A program made the position numbers and the translations under genes. The notes under the pieces are model-generated. The model searched no databases, was not told where the DNA came from, and saw only the letters and a program-made list of their open reading frames with translations. From Clostridia bacterium (GTDB lineage: Bacteria > Bacillota > Clostridia > JAAYHZ01), in NCBI GenBank assembly GCA_050950825.1, contig JBMNIH010000005.1, forward strand, positions 64,001-128,000: a stretch of 64,000 nt of DNA. The letters are read 5' to 3'. Below are positions 1 to 8,606 of this stretch, piece after piece (the stretch's first letter is position 1; each line of letters starts with the position of its first letter).

Positions 1-1688
1 TTGTCCGCCAATTTTTGTATGATTCCCGCTCTTGTTGCGGATGTTCCGATACCGCAGGTTTTGATTTGTTCTCTTAATTCCTCGTCCTCAATGTATCTTC
101 CGGCCTTCTCCATGGCCACGATCAAGGTACCGTCGGTGTACCTTGGAGGAGGCTTTGTTTCCTTTTGCTCCGTATGAAACCCGTCGATGCGGCAGGGTTC
201 GCCCTTGATGAGGTTTTGTATCGGCGAGTCGGACAGGTCCTCTTCCTTTTTCTCGGACATATCGTAAACCTCTTTCCAGCCGATGGCCTTTAAAGCTTTG
301 GAATTCGTAACAAAGGTCTCTCCGTCCACATCCGTTTCCACCTTTACGGTATTGTATTCGGCGGGAGGATAAAAGACCGCTAAGAACCGCTTTACTATCA
401 AATCGTAAATCTTTTTTTCCTTCTCCTCCAACAAAGACAAATCCTTGGTTACATAGGTCGGGATAATGGCATAGTGATCCTGTACCTTGCCGTCATCCAC
501 AAACCGTTTGTTGTTTTTATTCACCGCAAAAGGCCCGAATGTCTTTATTTTCGCAACGCTTTCTTTGTATGCGACGTTTTTGTAAAGGCCGTTCAATATT
601 TTCGGCAGCTCCGGAAGCACCTCGGTGGATAAAACCCTGCTATCCGTTCTCGGGTAAGAAATGAGCTTTTTCTCGTAGAGGTCTTGGGCGATCTCCAAGG
701 TTTTGTTAACCGAAATTTTAAACCTTTTGTTGGCTTCCGATTGTAGCTCCGCAAGGTTAAACAAAAGAGGAGGCGGCTCCTTCTTTATTTTCTTTTCCAC
801 CTTTTTTACCTTGGCCGTCTTTCCTTCCAACCTTTTGATTAATTCTTCGGCTTCTTCCTTGCTCAGGTATTTTTCTTGAGGTTCTTCTTCGTCCTTGCCG
901 TTCTCCGCTTTTTTATCCTCTTTTTTCGGCTGCCACTTTCCTTTGTAGGAAATTTTGCTTTCCTCGGAGAAAAAGTCGGCGGTAACGATATAGTAGGGTT
1001 TGGGTATGAAGTTGCGAATCTCTCTTTCTCTTTGGACCACCAGACCCAAAACGCAAGTCATAACCCTGCCGATAGGAATGACTGTCTTTTTTTCTTCATT
1101 TAAAACTTGGGAGAGCTTTTTCCCGTATCGGATGGTATAGAGTCGGCTGAAGTTCATGCCGAAAAGCCAATCTTCCTTGGCTCGGCAATAGGCGGCATTC
1201 CCTAAGGAATCGTATTCCGAAAGGTCTTTTGCTTCTTGGATTCCTTTAAGGATGGCCTCTTTCGTTTGGGCGTTAATCCATACCCTCTTCACCGGTTTCG
1301 TACATTTCGTTCGATGGTATACCAGACGGAAGATGTACTCCCCTTCCCGTCCGCTGTCGGTACAGGAATAGACGATATCGATATCCTTTCGATTCATGAG
1401 CTTTTCAATGGTTTTAAACTGCTTGGCAACTCCTTTGCCCTTGATGACTTCGTAAATGTATTGATCGGGAATGATAGGCAGGTCTTCGATCCTCCAGTAC
1501 CGGTATTTCGGATCATATGCTTCCGGGTAAGCAAGCGTCACCAAGTGCCCGTAGCACCAGGATATGACGGAGTCGTTTTGTTCGGCAAAGCCTTTCTTAC
1601 GGTCGGAGGGCGTGATTTTTATTCCCAGTGCTTCCGCAAAGCTTACGGCTACCGACGGTTTTTCGGTTATGTATAGCTTTTTACCCAC
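1..1688 (-). CDS. topB: DNA topoisomerase III (type IA), 5' part; runs off the left edge of the window
   Basis: Not in the ORF track; translated by hand. GTG start at 1688 after AGGTGAGG gives MGKKLYITEKPSVA, then WCYGHLV, TDSGREGEYI (TOPRIM), SIGRV and LYEKKLISYPRTDS (catalytic Tyr motif). Confidence 0.93.
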   Translation of the reverse strand, partial: MGKKLYITEKPSVAVSFAEALGIKITPSDRKKGFAEQNDSVISWCYGHLVTLAYPEAYDPKYRYWRIEDLPIIPDQYIYEVIKGKGVAKQFKTIEKLMNRKDIDIVYSCTDSGREGEYIFRLVYHRTKCTKPVKRVWINAQTKEAILKGIQEAKDLSEYDSLGNAAYCRAKEDWLFGMNFSRLYTIRYGKKLSQVLNEEKKTVIPIGRVMTCVLGLVVQREREIRNFIPKPYYIVTADFFSEESKISYKGKWQPKKEDKKAENGKDEEEPQEKYLSKEEAEELIKRLEGKTAKVKKVEKKIKKEPPPLLFNLAELQSEANKRFKISVNKTLEIAQDLYEKKLISYPRTDSRVLSTEVLPELPKILNGLYKNVAYKESVAKIKTFGPFAVNKNNKRFVDDGKVQDHYAIIPTYVTKDLSLLEEKEKKIYDLIVKRFLAVFYPPAEYNTVKVETDVDGETFVTNSKALKAIGWKEVYDMSEKKEEDLSDSPIQNLIKGEPCRIDGFHTEQKETKPPPRYTDGTLIVAMEKAGRYIEDEELREQIKTCGIGTSATRAGIIQKLAD

Positions 1689-1832
1689 TTACCTCACCTT
1701 TCATCCCTTGTTCTTTGATTCATAGCCATTGTACATGCTTTGATTTTGGTTTTCAATGGAAACAGCCCTTCTTTCGAAAGGCTGTCCTTTTTCATCGAAT
1801 TTTTTCTCCGGTCGGGATTGTTGTACCCCTTC

Positions 1833-2192
1833 TCATTCGTTGTATTTTAAATTACTCCCTCGGAATTCGTCCTTCGGGTATTTTTCTTCGTTGGCATCCA
1901 GCTTGCTTTTCAATGCATCGGACAAATCCATGCCGTTCATTTGGGCAAATCGAAGGATAAAGAAAAAGGTATCCGCCAATTCCTCTTCGATCTTTTTCCG
2001 TTTTTCGGGAGATTCCATCATGCGTTGCATCTGTTCTTCCGACTTAAAGCGGAACAAATCCAACAATTCATTGGCTTCGGTGGATATTCCGATAGCCAAA
2101 TCCTTCGGATTATGAAACTGACTCCAGTCCCTATCCTCGCAAAACTTTTTAACCGCTTCTTTGCATTCTTTGACAGTGATTCGATCGTCCAT
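1833..2192 (-). CDS. MazG-like (all-alpha) nucleotide pyrophosphohydrolase
   Basis: RDWSQFHNPKDLAIGISTEANELL...EELAD and KLDANEEKYP are typical of dCTP pyrophosphatase/MazG-like proteins. Confidence 0.88.
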   Translation of the reverse strand: MDDRITVKECKEAVKKFCEDRDWSQFHNPKDLAIGISTEANELLDLFRFKSEEQMQRMMESPEKRKKIEEELADTFFFILRFAQMNGMDLSDALKSKLDANEEKYPKDEFRGSNLKYNE

Positions 2193-2201
2193 CGTCTTTT
2201 C

Positions 2202-4067
2202 CTACTTCATCATTCTTTTTAAATATTCTCTCAACCCCGGGTCCGTACAGTACACATAACAGCCCTTCATGCCCCGTGTCAAAAGCGTTCGGTACGTGTT
2301 GCGGATAATTTCATCGGCCAATTTTTCGGCTTTTTCAGGATCTTCTTTGGCCATCGCCTTTATTCCGTGAATGGATCGGTCGGATTTGGCACGTGCCGTG
2401 TAGTCGGTAATGACGCGGCCGTTTTCGTATCTTAAGTCATTGCCGATAATAACGCCTACGTAATCGAATTCCAAGCCTTGCGCCGTATGAATGCATCCCG
2501 CTTGGTATACCGAATCCTTGTCGATGGCATACGTGGAGGTGGAAGAAAGATTCCAGCTTATGCCGAAATCCCCGATTTTAATATCGTGATAGTTCGGGTT
2601 GTTCTGTTCCTTTTTCGGCCACTCCCAACAGTAGCCTGCAAGAATTCGTGCACGGTTTGAAGGACGATTGAGCTCGATAATAGTATCCCTTAAAACCTTC
2701 GGATCATCCAACACATGAAAATCGTAATCGATTCCTTCCAAGGTATAGTTGGCCGTCTCCCTTATACCCAATACATTATCGATCCAAGCCAAATAACCGT
2801 CGGACCCGTTGCAGCGGAATTGAGAAACCAATTCGTTTTCATATATTTCCGCTCCGAATAACATCGCTTGTTTTTTGATTTCCTCGACGCTTCCGATGTC
2901 TTTGATATGGATTCTTTGGTGTTCATCGATAAAGAAAATACTGCACTTGGCTGCGTTTATGATTTCTTTTATTTGGTTTTCGCCTACGTTGGACATCATC
3001 CCGGATTTTTCATTAAGACGATGGGCTTCGTCTACGATAAGGGTATCGATGTAGTTTTTCGGTACGTCCACGTAACTTCCGGAGCTTTTAAACAAGTTGT
3101 GGATACGGCCTTTTGTAAGAGTGCCGGTCAGCTTGGCTACATATACGTTTCTCGGTGCGCTGTTTTTCGAAACGTATTGGCACAGCTGATCTCTGTTTGT
3201 CAGTTCCGCCAAAAGGTTTACCGCCACAACGGATTTTCCTGTACCGGGTCCGCCTTTTACAATGTATACTCTCTTTTTCTCATCCTTCTTGCTTTTTTCA
3301 GCCAATTCCATGGCTTCATCAAAGACAACCTTTTGTTCGTCTAACATGATGAACTCTCGGTTCCCTTTCAACATACTAGTCAAGGAATCCTGCAAGCTTT
3401 TCGAAGGACGAATTTTCCCTTTATCGATTAGATACAGCGTTTCGCGGTTATCTCCGTACTTGATGAATTTTTTGATGAAAGCTCTTAGTTTTACGATATC
3501 GCCGTGGGCGAATACCGGTGCTTTCGTAAGGTACGCCCTATATTTCGGGTGCTCAATAACATCATGAGGTTCTTTTATGTAATTATGAAGATAGGCACAG
3601 GGTATAAGCTTTATTTTTTGGTCTTGAACATTGGCGTTATAATCTTCGAGCATGGCACAATAGGACCAAGCTTGATAAGAAGGATGTACGACTCTTCTCA
3701 ACCCTTGTCCAACATAGGTTTCCACGAGAGCATCGCTTCCTTCGACAAGTCGCACCTTGTCCCATTGTTTCAGCTCGATGACAACGGCATTTTTGCTTCG
3801 TTTTTCTCCGTAACCGGACAAGATAAAATCGATTCTCTTTGCCGTTTGCGGTATATTGTACTCGATGGCAACCCCGGAGTTATACGGTATGTGCGGATCG
3901 TTTAATACCTTGTACATATACTGCAGCGAATTCTCCCAAGCGTTGTATTCATTCTTCGAAATCCTTCTCCGCATCTTTTCATATATCAACGTTTCAATCC
4001 GTGAAGGCAGCACATCTTCTTCCATACCCGACATAAAATCCGATTTTATACCTTCGTATATGAGCAT
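2202..4067 (-). CDS. DUF2075 family protein (N-terminal PD-(D/E)xK-like region + SF1/Schlafen-group-3-like helicase)
   Basis: Walker A GGPGTGKS, DEAH, SQFRCNGS, GCIHTAQGLEFDY and YRTLLTRGMKG; N-terminal RIDFIL..VVIELKQW. Confidence 0.85.
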   Translation of the reverse strand: MLIYEGIKSDFMSGMEEDVLPSRIETLIYEKMRRRISKNEYNAWENSLQYMYKVLNDPHIPYNSGVAIEYNIPQTAKRIDFILSGYGEKRSKNAVVIELKQWDKVRLVEGSDALVETYVGQGLRRVVHPSYQAWSYCAMLEDYNANVQDQKIKLIPCAYLHNYIKEPHDVIEHPKYRAYLTKAPVFAHGDIVKLRAFIKKFIKYGDNRETLYLIDKGKIRPSKSLQDSLTSMLKGNREFIMLDEQKVVFDEAMELAEKSKKDEKKRVYIVKGGPGTGKSVVAVNLLAELTNRDQLCQYVSKNSAPRNVYVAKLTGTLTKGRIHNLFKSSGSYVDVPKNYIDTLIVDEAHRLNEKSGMMSNVGENQIKEIINAAKCSIFFIDEHQRIHIKDIGSVEEIKKQAMLFGAEIYENELVSQFRCNGSDGYLAWIDNVLGIRETANYTLEGIDYDFHVLDDPKVLRDTIIELNRPSNRARILAGYCWEWPKKEQNNPNYHDIKIGDFGISWNLSSTSTYAIDKDSVYQAGCIHTAQGLEFDYVGVIIGNDLRYENGRVITDYTARAKSDRSIHGIKAMAKEDPEKAEKLADEIIRNTYRTLLTRGMKGCYVYCTDPGLREYLKRMMK

Positions 4068-4084
4068 GCTATTCCCTCTTTCTC

Positions 4085-6643
4085 CTATTCATTACTATCA
4101 TAATCCATAAGACTTTTATACTTTTCCTCCAAGCGTTCTTTATAGAACCTTCTTGTTCGGTAATCTATCGTGTCTTTAAAATGCTTTAGGAATGAACCGT
4201 TGGTTATATACGGTTCCAGTTCTTCCGTTAAACAGAATAATCCGTCTTCCTCGTAGAAAAACTCTCCGGCTGACTGCATGAGAAATTTCATAGGATTTCT
4301 TCGGGCAAGACTGACATATTCTTTTTTACCCCAGTTTATATATTCGGCACTGCTTTTATCCTTTAAAAGGTCAATAGAATTGGACCTTTTGGCATAGAAC
4401 TCTTTAAAGCTTCTGTAAATATCCTCGTCAGTTACTTTAAGCTTCATGTCTCCGTTGTTATAGAAAGCCAATAATACGGGCATTTTATACATTTTCGTCA
4501 TACTCGTATTTTCAATTTCCCTAAGAAAAGCATGGGCTTTTGTGCCGATTAATAATTTTTCTTCTTCGGATGCTTCCCCGATCTTATCCAAAAAGGAAAG
4601 ATAATCACGAAAGATATTCAGCTCTTTTCTTGTTCTTATGGTTTTATACAATCCTTCGTCCATGTAGGTATAGATTGCAAGCCTTAAGGGTTTGGCATCA
4701 AGCTTGTCCTTTATTCGATCGTATTCATCACGTATTTTATCGTAGAGTCCTTTTTCTTCTTCCGCCATGCGCTTAAATAGGTCGATAATACGAAGGTCAA
4801 AGTCAACGATACAATCATCCGGATAATCTTCTTCCTTCGGTATAGAAAAAGCTTTGGATTTACCGTCATACCCCTTTATATCTCCCGTCAAGAAAAAGGG
4901 GATCAAGTACGCCTTTTTGTAATTTCCGATAAAGTCCAAAACATTGACGTATTTTTTGTTGCCTTTTTTACGTAAACCTCTTCCGAGCTGCTGCAAAAAT
5001 ACGGTGGGCGATTCGGTAGGTCTTAGAAACATGACCATATCCACTTCAGGGATATCAAGACCTTCATTGAACATATCTACGGAAAAGATTACGTTAATTT
5101 CGGCTCTTTTTAATTTCTCAACCGCTTCCTTACGGTCCAAAACAAAAGAGTTCCCGTCGGTTAAATTCTTATCGTCACTAATGACGGCACAGGCTTGAAT
5201 TCCGTTATTCATAAAATATTCCGCCATGTAAACGGCGTGCTTTCTACCTGAGCAGAATCCCAACGCTCTTATGCTGTTGTATTTTCTATAATGCTCTAAA
5301 ATGAGGTCCGCTCTGCTTTCGTTACTTAACGCATCTTCCAGCTGTCTTTCGTCGTATTTCCCGTGCCTATAATCAATCTCGCTGTAATTCGTCCGGTCAA
5401 ACACTCCGTAATAGCGGAAGGGCACCAGCCAGCCTTTGTTTATGGCTTCTTTCAAGCGAGCTTCATAAACGACGTTGTAATCGCAGAGGGCAAAAACGTC
5501 TTGGTTGTCCAATCTTTCGGGAGTAGCGGTAAGTCCGAGCAAAAATTTCGGCTTAAAATATTCGATGATGTTTAAATAGCTTTCAGCTACCGCATGGTGA
5601 AATTCGTCAATGACAATATAATCAAAGGCATCCTTGGCAAAATACGAATCGCTTAAATATTCTTTTCGTCCTAATGTTTGTACCGTGGAAAAGATGATAT
5701 CGGCATCCGTGTCCTTACGATTCCCGCTAAAAAAGCCCGTGGTAGCATCCGGTTTAACACGTTTAAAGGTTTGCTCCGCTTGATTCAAGATCTCTTCCCT
5801 ATGAGCGATAAACAGTATTCTTTCGAATTTCAGAGAATCAAAAGCCGCTAAAAACGTTTTACCGGTACCGGTGGCAGCCACTACAATTCCTCGGTCCCAT
5901 CCGTCGGATCTGGATTTTTTCAATTCGTATAAAGCTTCGATTTGGGGACCCATGGGACACGGAAACTTGATTATTTCACATTCCTTTTCAACCTCTCCAT
6001 TATCAAAATCCGCTTGCTCCTCCGCCGCCTTGGACTCTTCCGATAGAGCTTGCCCGTCTTCTAGCTTTTCGATTTCTTCAAAGATTTTTGGCTTTTTCCA
6101 GCTCTTTGAGTACCGGCGCATTTCATTGTCATCTACAATAATGGATTTATTTAAGAACAAGTCTTCGAAGGTTTTTCGGAAATAATTGAATTCTTCCGGA
6201 TTGATTTTGGAATTAATTCTGTAATTCCATTCGATACCGTCCGTTAAAGCCGAACGAGATATATTGGATGATCCGATGAAAATATCGCCGTGGTCCCCGT
6301 ATTCAAAAATATAAGCTTTCGGATGAAAGGATTTGTTAGGCACGCCGTAAAAGCGTAAATCCACTTTATCGCCTAAGATATCCTTTAGCAAATAAAGAGC
6401 GGGCGGCTGCGTTATCTTAAGGTAGTTTCCGCATAAAATCCTTAACCGGGCTCCCCGGTCCACCGCTTCTTTAAAATCATTCACCAAAAGCCTAACACCG
6501 GATTCCATAAGAAAAGATACGATAATATCGATATTCTGAGCTTTATAAATGCATTCCTTAAGATAGTAATACAAAAAGTCCGTATCACCGGTGATGCAAT
6601 TTCTTTTGAATGAATGATTGTTATCCCATATCATCTCAGACAT
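4085..6643 (-). CDS. PLD-nuclease (HKD-like) domain fused to SF2 DEAD/DEAH (ResIII-like) helicase
   Basis: HPKAYIF...GSSNIS (PLD), ATGTGKT, DEFHH, TATPER, MFNEGLDIP and QQLGRGLR. Start moved from 6712 to the ATG at 6643, which follows GAGG. Confidence 0.88.
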   Translation of the reverse strand: MSEMIWDNNHSFKRNCITGDTDFLYYYLKECIYKAQNIDIIVSFLMESGVRLLVNDFKEAVDRGARLRILCGNYLKITQPPALYLLKDILGDKVDLRFYGVPNKSFHPKAYIFEYGDHGDIFIGSSNISRSALTDGIEWNYRINSKINPEEFNYFRKTFEDLFLNKSIIVDDNEMRRYSKSWKKPKIFEEIEKLEDGQALSEESKAAEEQADFDNGEVEKECEIIKFPCPMGPQIEALYELKKSRSDGWDRGIVVAATGTGKTFLAAFDSLKFERILFIAHREEILNQAEQTFKRVKPDATTGFFSGNRKDTDADIIFSTVQTLGRKEYLSDSYFAKDAFDYIVIDEFHHAVAESYLNIIEYFKPKFLLGLTATPERLDNQDVFALCDYNVVYEARLKEAINKGWLVPFRYYGVFDRTNYSEIDYRHGKYDERQLEDALSNESRADLILEHYRKYNSIRALGFCSGRKHAVYMAEYFMNNGIQACAVISDDKNLTDGNSFVLDRKEAVEKLKRAEINVIFSVDMFNEGLDIPEVDMVMFLRPTESPTVFLQQLGRGLRKKGNKKYVNVLDFIGNYKKAYLIPFFLTGDIKGYDGKSKAFSIPKEEDYPDDCIVDFDLRIIDLFKRMAEEEKGLYDKIRDEYDRIKDKLDAKPLRLAIYTYMDEGLYKTIRTRKELNIFRDYLSFLDKIGEASEEEKLLIGTKAHAFLREIENTSMTKMYKMPVLLAFYNNGDMKLKVTDEDIYRSFKEFYAKRSNSIDLLKDKSSAEYINWGKKEYVSLARRNPMKFLMQSAGEFFYEEDGLFCLTEELEPYITNGSFLKHFKDTIDYRTRRFYKERLEEKYKSLMDYDSNE

Positions 6644-6818
6644 ACCTCTTAACACTACGGATATGCATTTATACAAGGTTTTTAACCCGCATATCGGAAG
6701 ACGCTCAAGCATAAAGCTTCAACCGTATTTATTATAGCAAATAACGACAATATTCGACATAAAGAATAAAAAGAAATGCAATAACACCCTATTTTAACCA
6801 AAATATCGGTTATCGCGA

Positions 6819-7502
6819 TCAGTCATTGGTAGCATCCCCGTCTCCCTGTACCGGGATGGTTTCTCCGAGGAAAGTAGGCTGAGGTTGTAGGATAACGTAT
6901 ATGAAGTCCTTGACACGGGCCAGTATTTCCCGTAGATCGCGGTATTCTTGACCTGCATAAGGCCTTAGATCCGAAGATACGCCGATAGCATCAATTCCTA
7001 AGCCTTTTGCGACGTACAATGCTCGATAAAGGTGGTATTCTTGCGTTACGATAACCGCCTTTTTCACCAAAAAGATATCTCTTGCTCGGTACAGGCTGTC
7101 GTATGTAGAAAATCCGGCATGGTCCATAAAGACATGAGAAGACGGAATACCTCGGTCAATGGCAAACTTTTTCATAACATTGACTTCGTCGTAATCGTCT
7201 TTTCCGTGGTCACCGCTCATAAGAAGCCGATTCGAAAGACCTTTTTCATAAAGCGCGGTACCGGTGATCAAACGGTCTTCCAGCATGTGGCTCGGCCGGT
7301 CTCCCCATACCCCTGCCCCTAATATCAATATACAGTCCGCCTCATAATTCGTTATATCATTAATTGTATAAATCCTGTCCTTTACCGAGTTTCGTACATA
7401 GCCGTTAATAAGGAAAACGGCTAAAAGACCTACCGTAACGAGCAGGATAATCGTTGTTATGAATTTTAATATGCATCGAAATAATATCTTCAATAGTTTC
7501 AT
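6819..7502 (-). CDS. SanA/YdcF (ElyC, DUF218) family membrane protein
   Basis: N-terminal TM segment; ILGAGV..PSHMLEDRL, LLMSGDH, MDHAGFSTYDS, VTQEYHLYRA. Confidence 0.88.
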   Translation of the reverse strand: MKLLKILFRCILKFITTIILLVTVGLLAVFLINGYVRNSVKDRIYTINDITNYEADCILILGAGVWGDRPSHMLEDRLITGTALYEKGLSNRLLMSGDHGKDDYDEVNVMKKFAIDRGIPSSHVFMDHAGFSTYDSLYRARDIFLVKKAVIVTQEYHLYRALYVAKGLGIDAIGVSSDLRPYAGQEYRDLREILARVKDFIYVILQPQPTFLGETIPVQGDGDATND

Positions 7503-7593
7503 CGCCGTCTACTCTTTTAATTTCTTTTCACCATGGTAGCATAGGTCAAAGGCTTCTATCAACCGTTAACATTTTACGGTATAAAAGGAAATC

Positions 7594-7651
7594 CTGTCAT
7601 GAAAAAATTCATATTTAATTCATTGATTATCTGAGGTTTTACCTGTATAAT
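7594..7651 (+). promoter_or_regulatory. Putative promoter with tandem direct repeats (OmpR/PhoB-type site) upstream of the phospholipase C-like gene
   Basis: CTGTCAT(7594), then AATTCAT at 7606 and 7617 (11-bp period), then TATAAT at 7646-7651. Confidence 0.4.
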
Positions 7652-7717
7652 TAAACACTGTATGTAATTGAAATTATTTCAGTAATCCTTTTGAAGTGGA
7701 GACAAAAAAGCAATCAG

Positions 7718-8329
7718 ATGAATGTATTAACTCATATAGGTATATCGTTACGCCTAAGGAATGCCATCAAGCGTTCCATGGACGTGAAGCTTTCAACGTT
7801 AGGGTTTATTTGGGGGAATGTTAAGCCGGATTTGATTTCGAGACAAAGAAAAATCCCTCATTTTAAGAAAGATGCGGATTTATATTTCCGCACGGAAGTA
7901 AGACGTATTATCAATAAAAGGATCTATGAAAACGAAAAGTGTCCCGTAGACTTTTCCGTTCACTTAGGCACAATTACCCATTATTTATCGGACTTTTTTT
8001 GCCACGCCCATTCCGAAAACTTTAAGGGCGGGTTTTTTAAACATAACCTTTATGAAGCTTGGCTTAATTTGCATTGCGCCGTCCATTCCGGGCGCATCGT
8101 TCAAGAACATGAAAATGCCGACGTGATATTCTACAACTCAAACGCTATCTGCAACCGCATTGATAAGCTTCAGTATAAGTACTTAAAATCCAAAAAAAGT
8201 GCTAGACCCGAAACCGATTTGAACTACCTGTACAAAGCATGCATGATGCTAAGCCGCTCGATTATAGCAAGCTGCTTGGTAGGCGTGGAAGCCGTTGCAA
8301 TTCCACAGCTATCTGTTTTTACCCCTTGA
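7718..8329 (+). CDS. Zinc-dependent phospholipase C family protein
   Basis: N-terminal TH, WGNVKPD, HYLSDFFCHAH and H..YE (Zn_dep_PLPC-like). ATG at 7718 preferred to TTG at 7691. Confidence 0.75.
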   Translation: MNVLTHIGISLRLRNAIKRSMDVKLSTLGFIWGNVKPDLISRQRKIPHFKKDADLYFRTEVRRIINKRIYENEKCPVDFSVHLGTITHYLSDFFCHAHSENFKGGFFKHNLYEAWLNLHCAVHSGRIVQEHENADVIFYNSNAICNRIDKLQYKYLKSKKSARPETDLNYLYKACMMLSRSIIASCLVGVEAVAIPQLSVFTP

Positions 8330-8333
8330 TCCT

Positions 8334-8366
8334 AAGAACCGGCAGAGAAATCTTCCGGTTCTTTTT
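8334..8366 (+). terminator. Rho-independent terminator
   Basis: AAGAACCGG...CCGGTTCTT stem followed by a T run, just after the stop at 8329. Confidence 0.8.
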
Positions 8367-8471
8367 CATATGAACACGCATCAATACTCTCATTCACAAT
8401 CTTAGAAAATCTAATATATCTCATATTCTATATAATTCATTAATACTTATTGTAGCTTTCTTGGAATGATA

Positions 8472-8600
8472 TGGTATAATACCCGTGTAGCCGGTATGAA
8501 TATACGGCAGCTTATAGACATTCGTTAAGGTTGACTGTTCTGTTGACGGAACGGGGGCAAAAGTCCCCGTTTGATATAATCAACAAACCTTAAGGAGGTA
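8472..8600 (+). promoter_or_regulatory. Extended -10 promoter and structured 5' leader of the solute-binding protein gene
   Basis: TGGTATAAT at 8472-8480; three nested inverted repeats over 8525-8593 that end on the AAGGAGG RBS. Confidence 0.5.
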
Positions 8601-8606
8601 TATTGC

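Noticed and set aside
1833-6643. Type I/III restriction-modification system or DISARM
   Set aside because: No methyltransferase, specificity subunit or DrmA/DrmB set is present.
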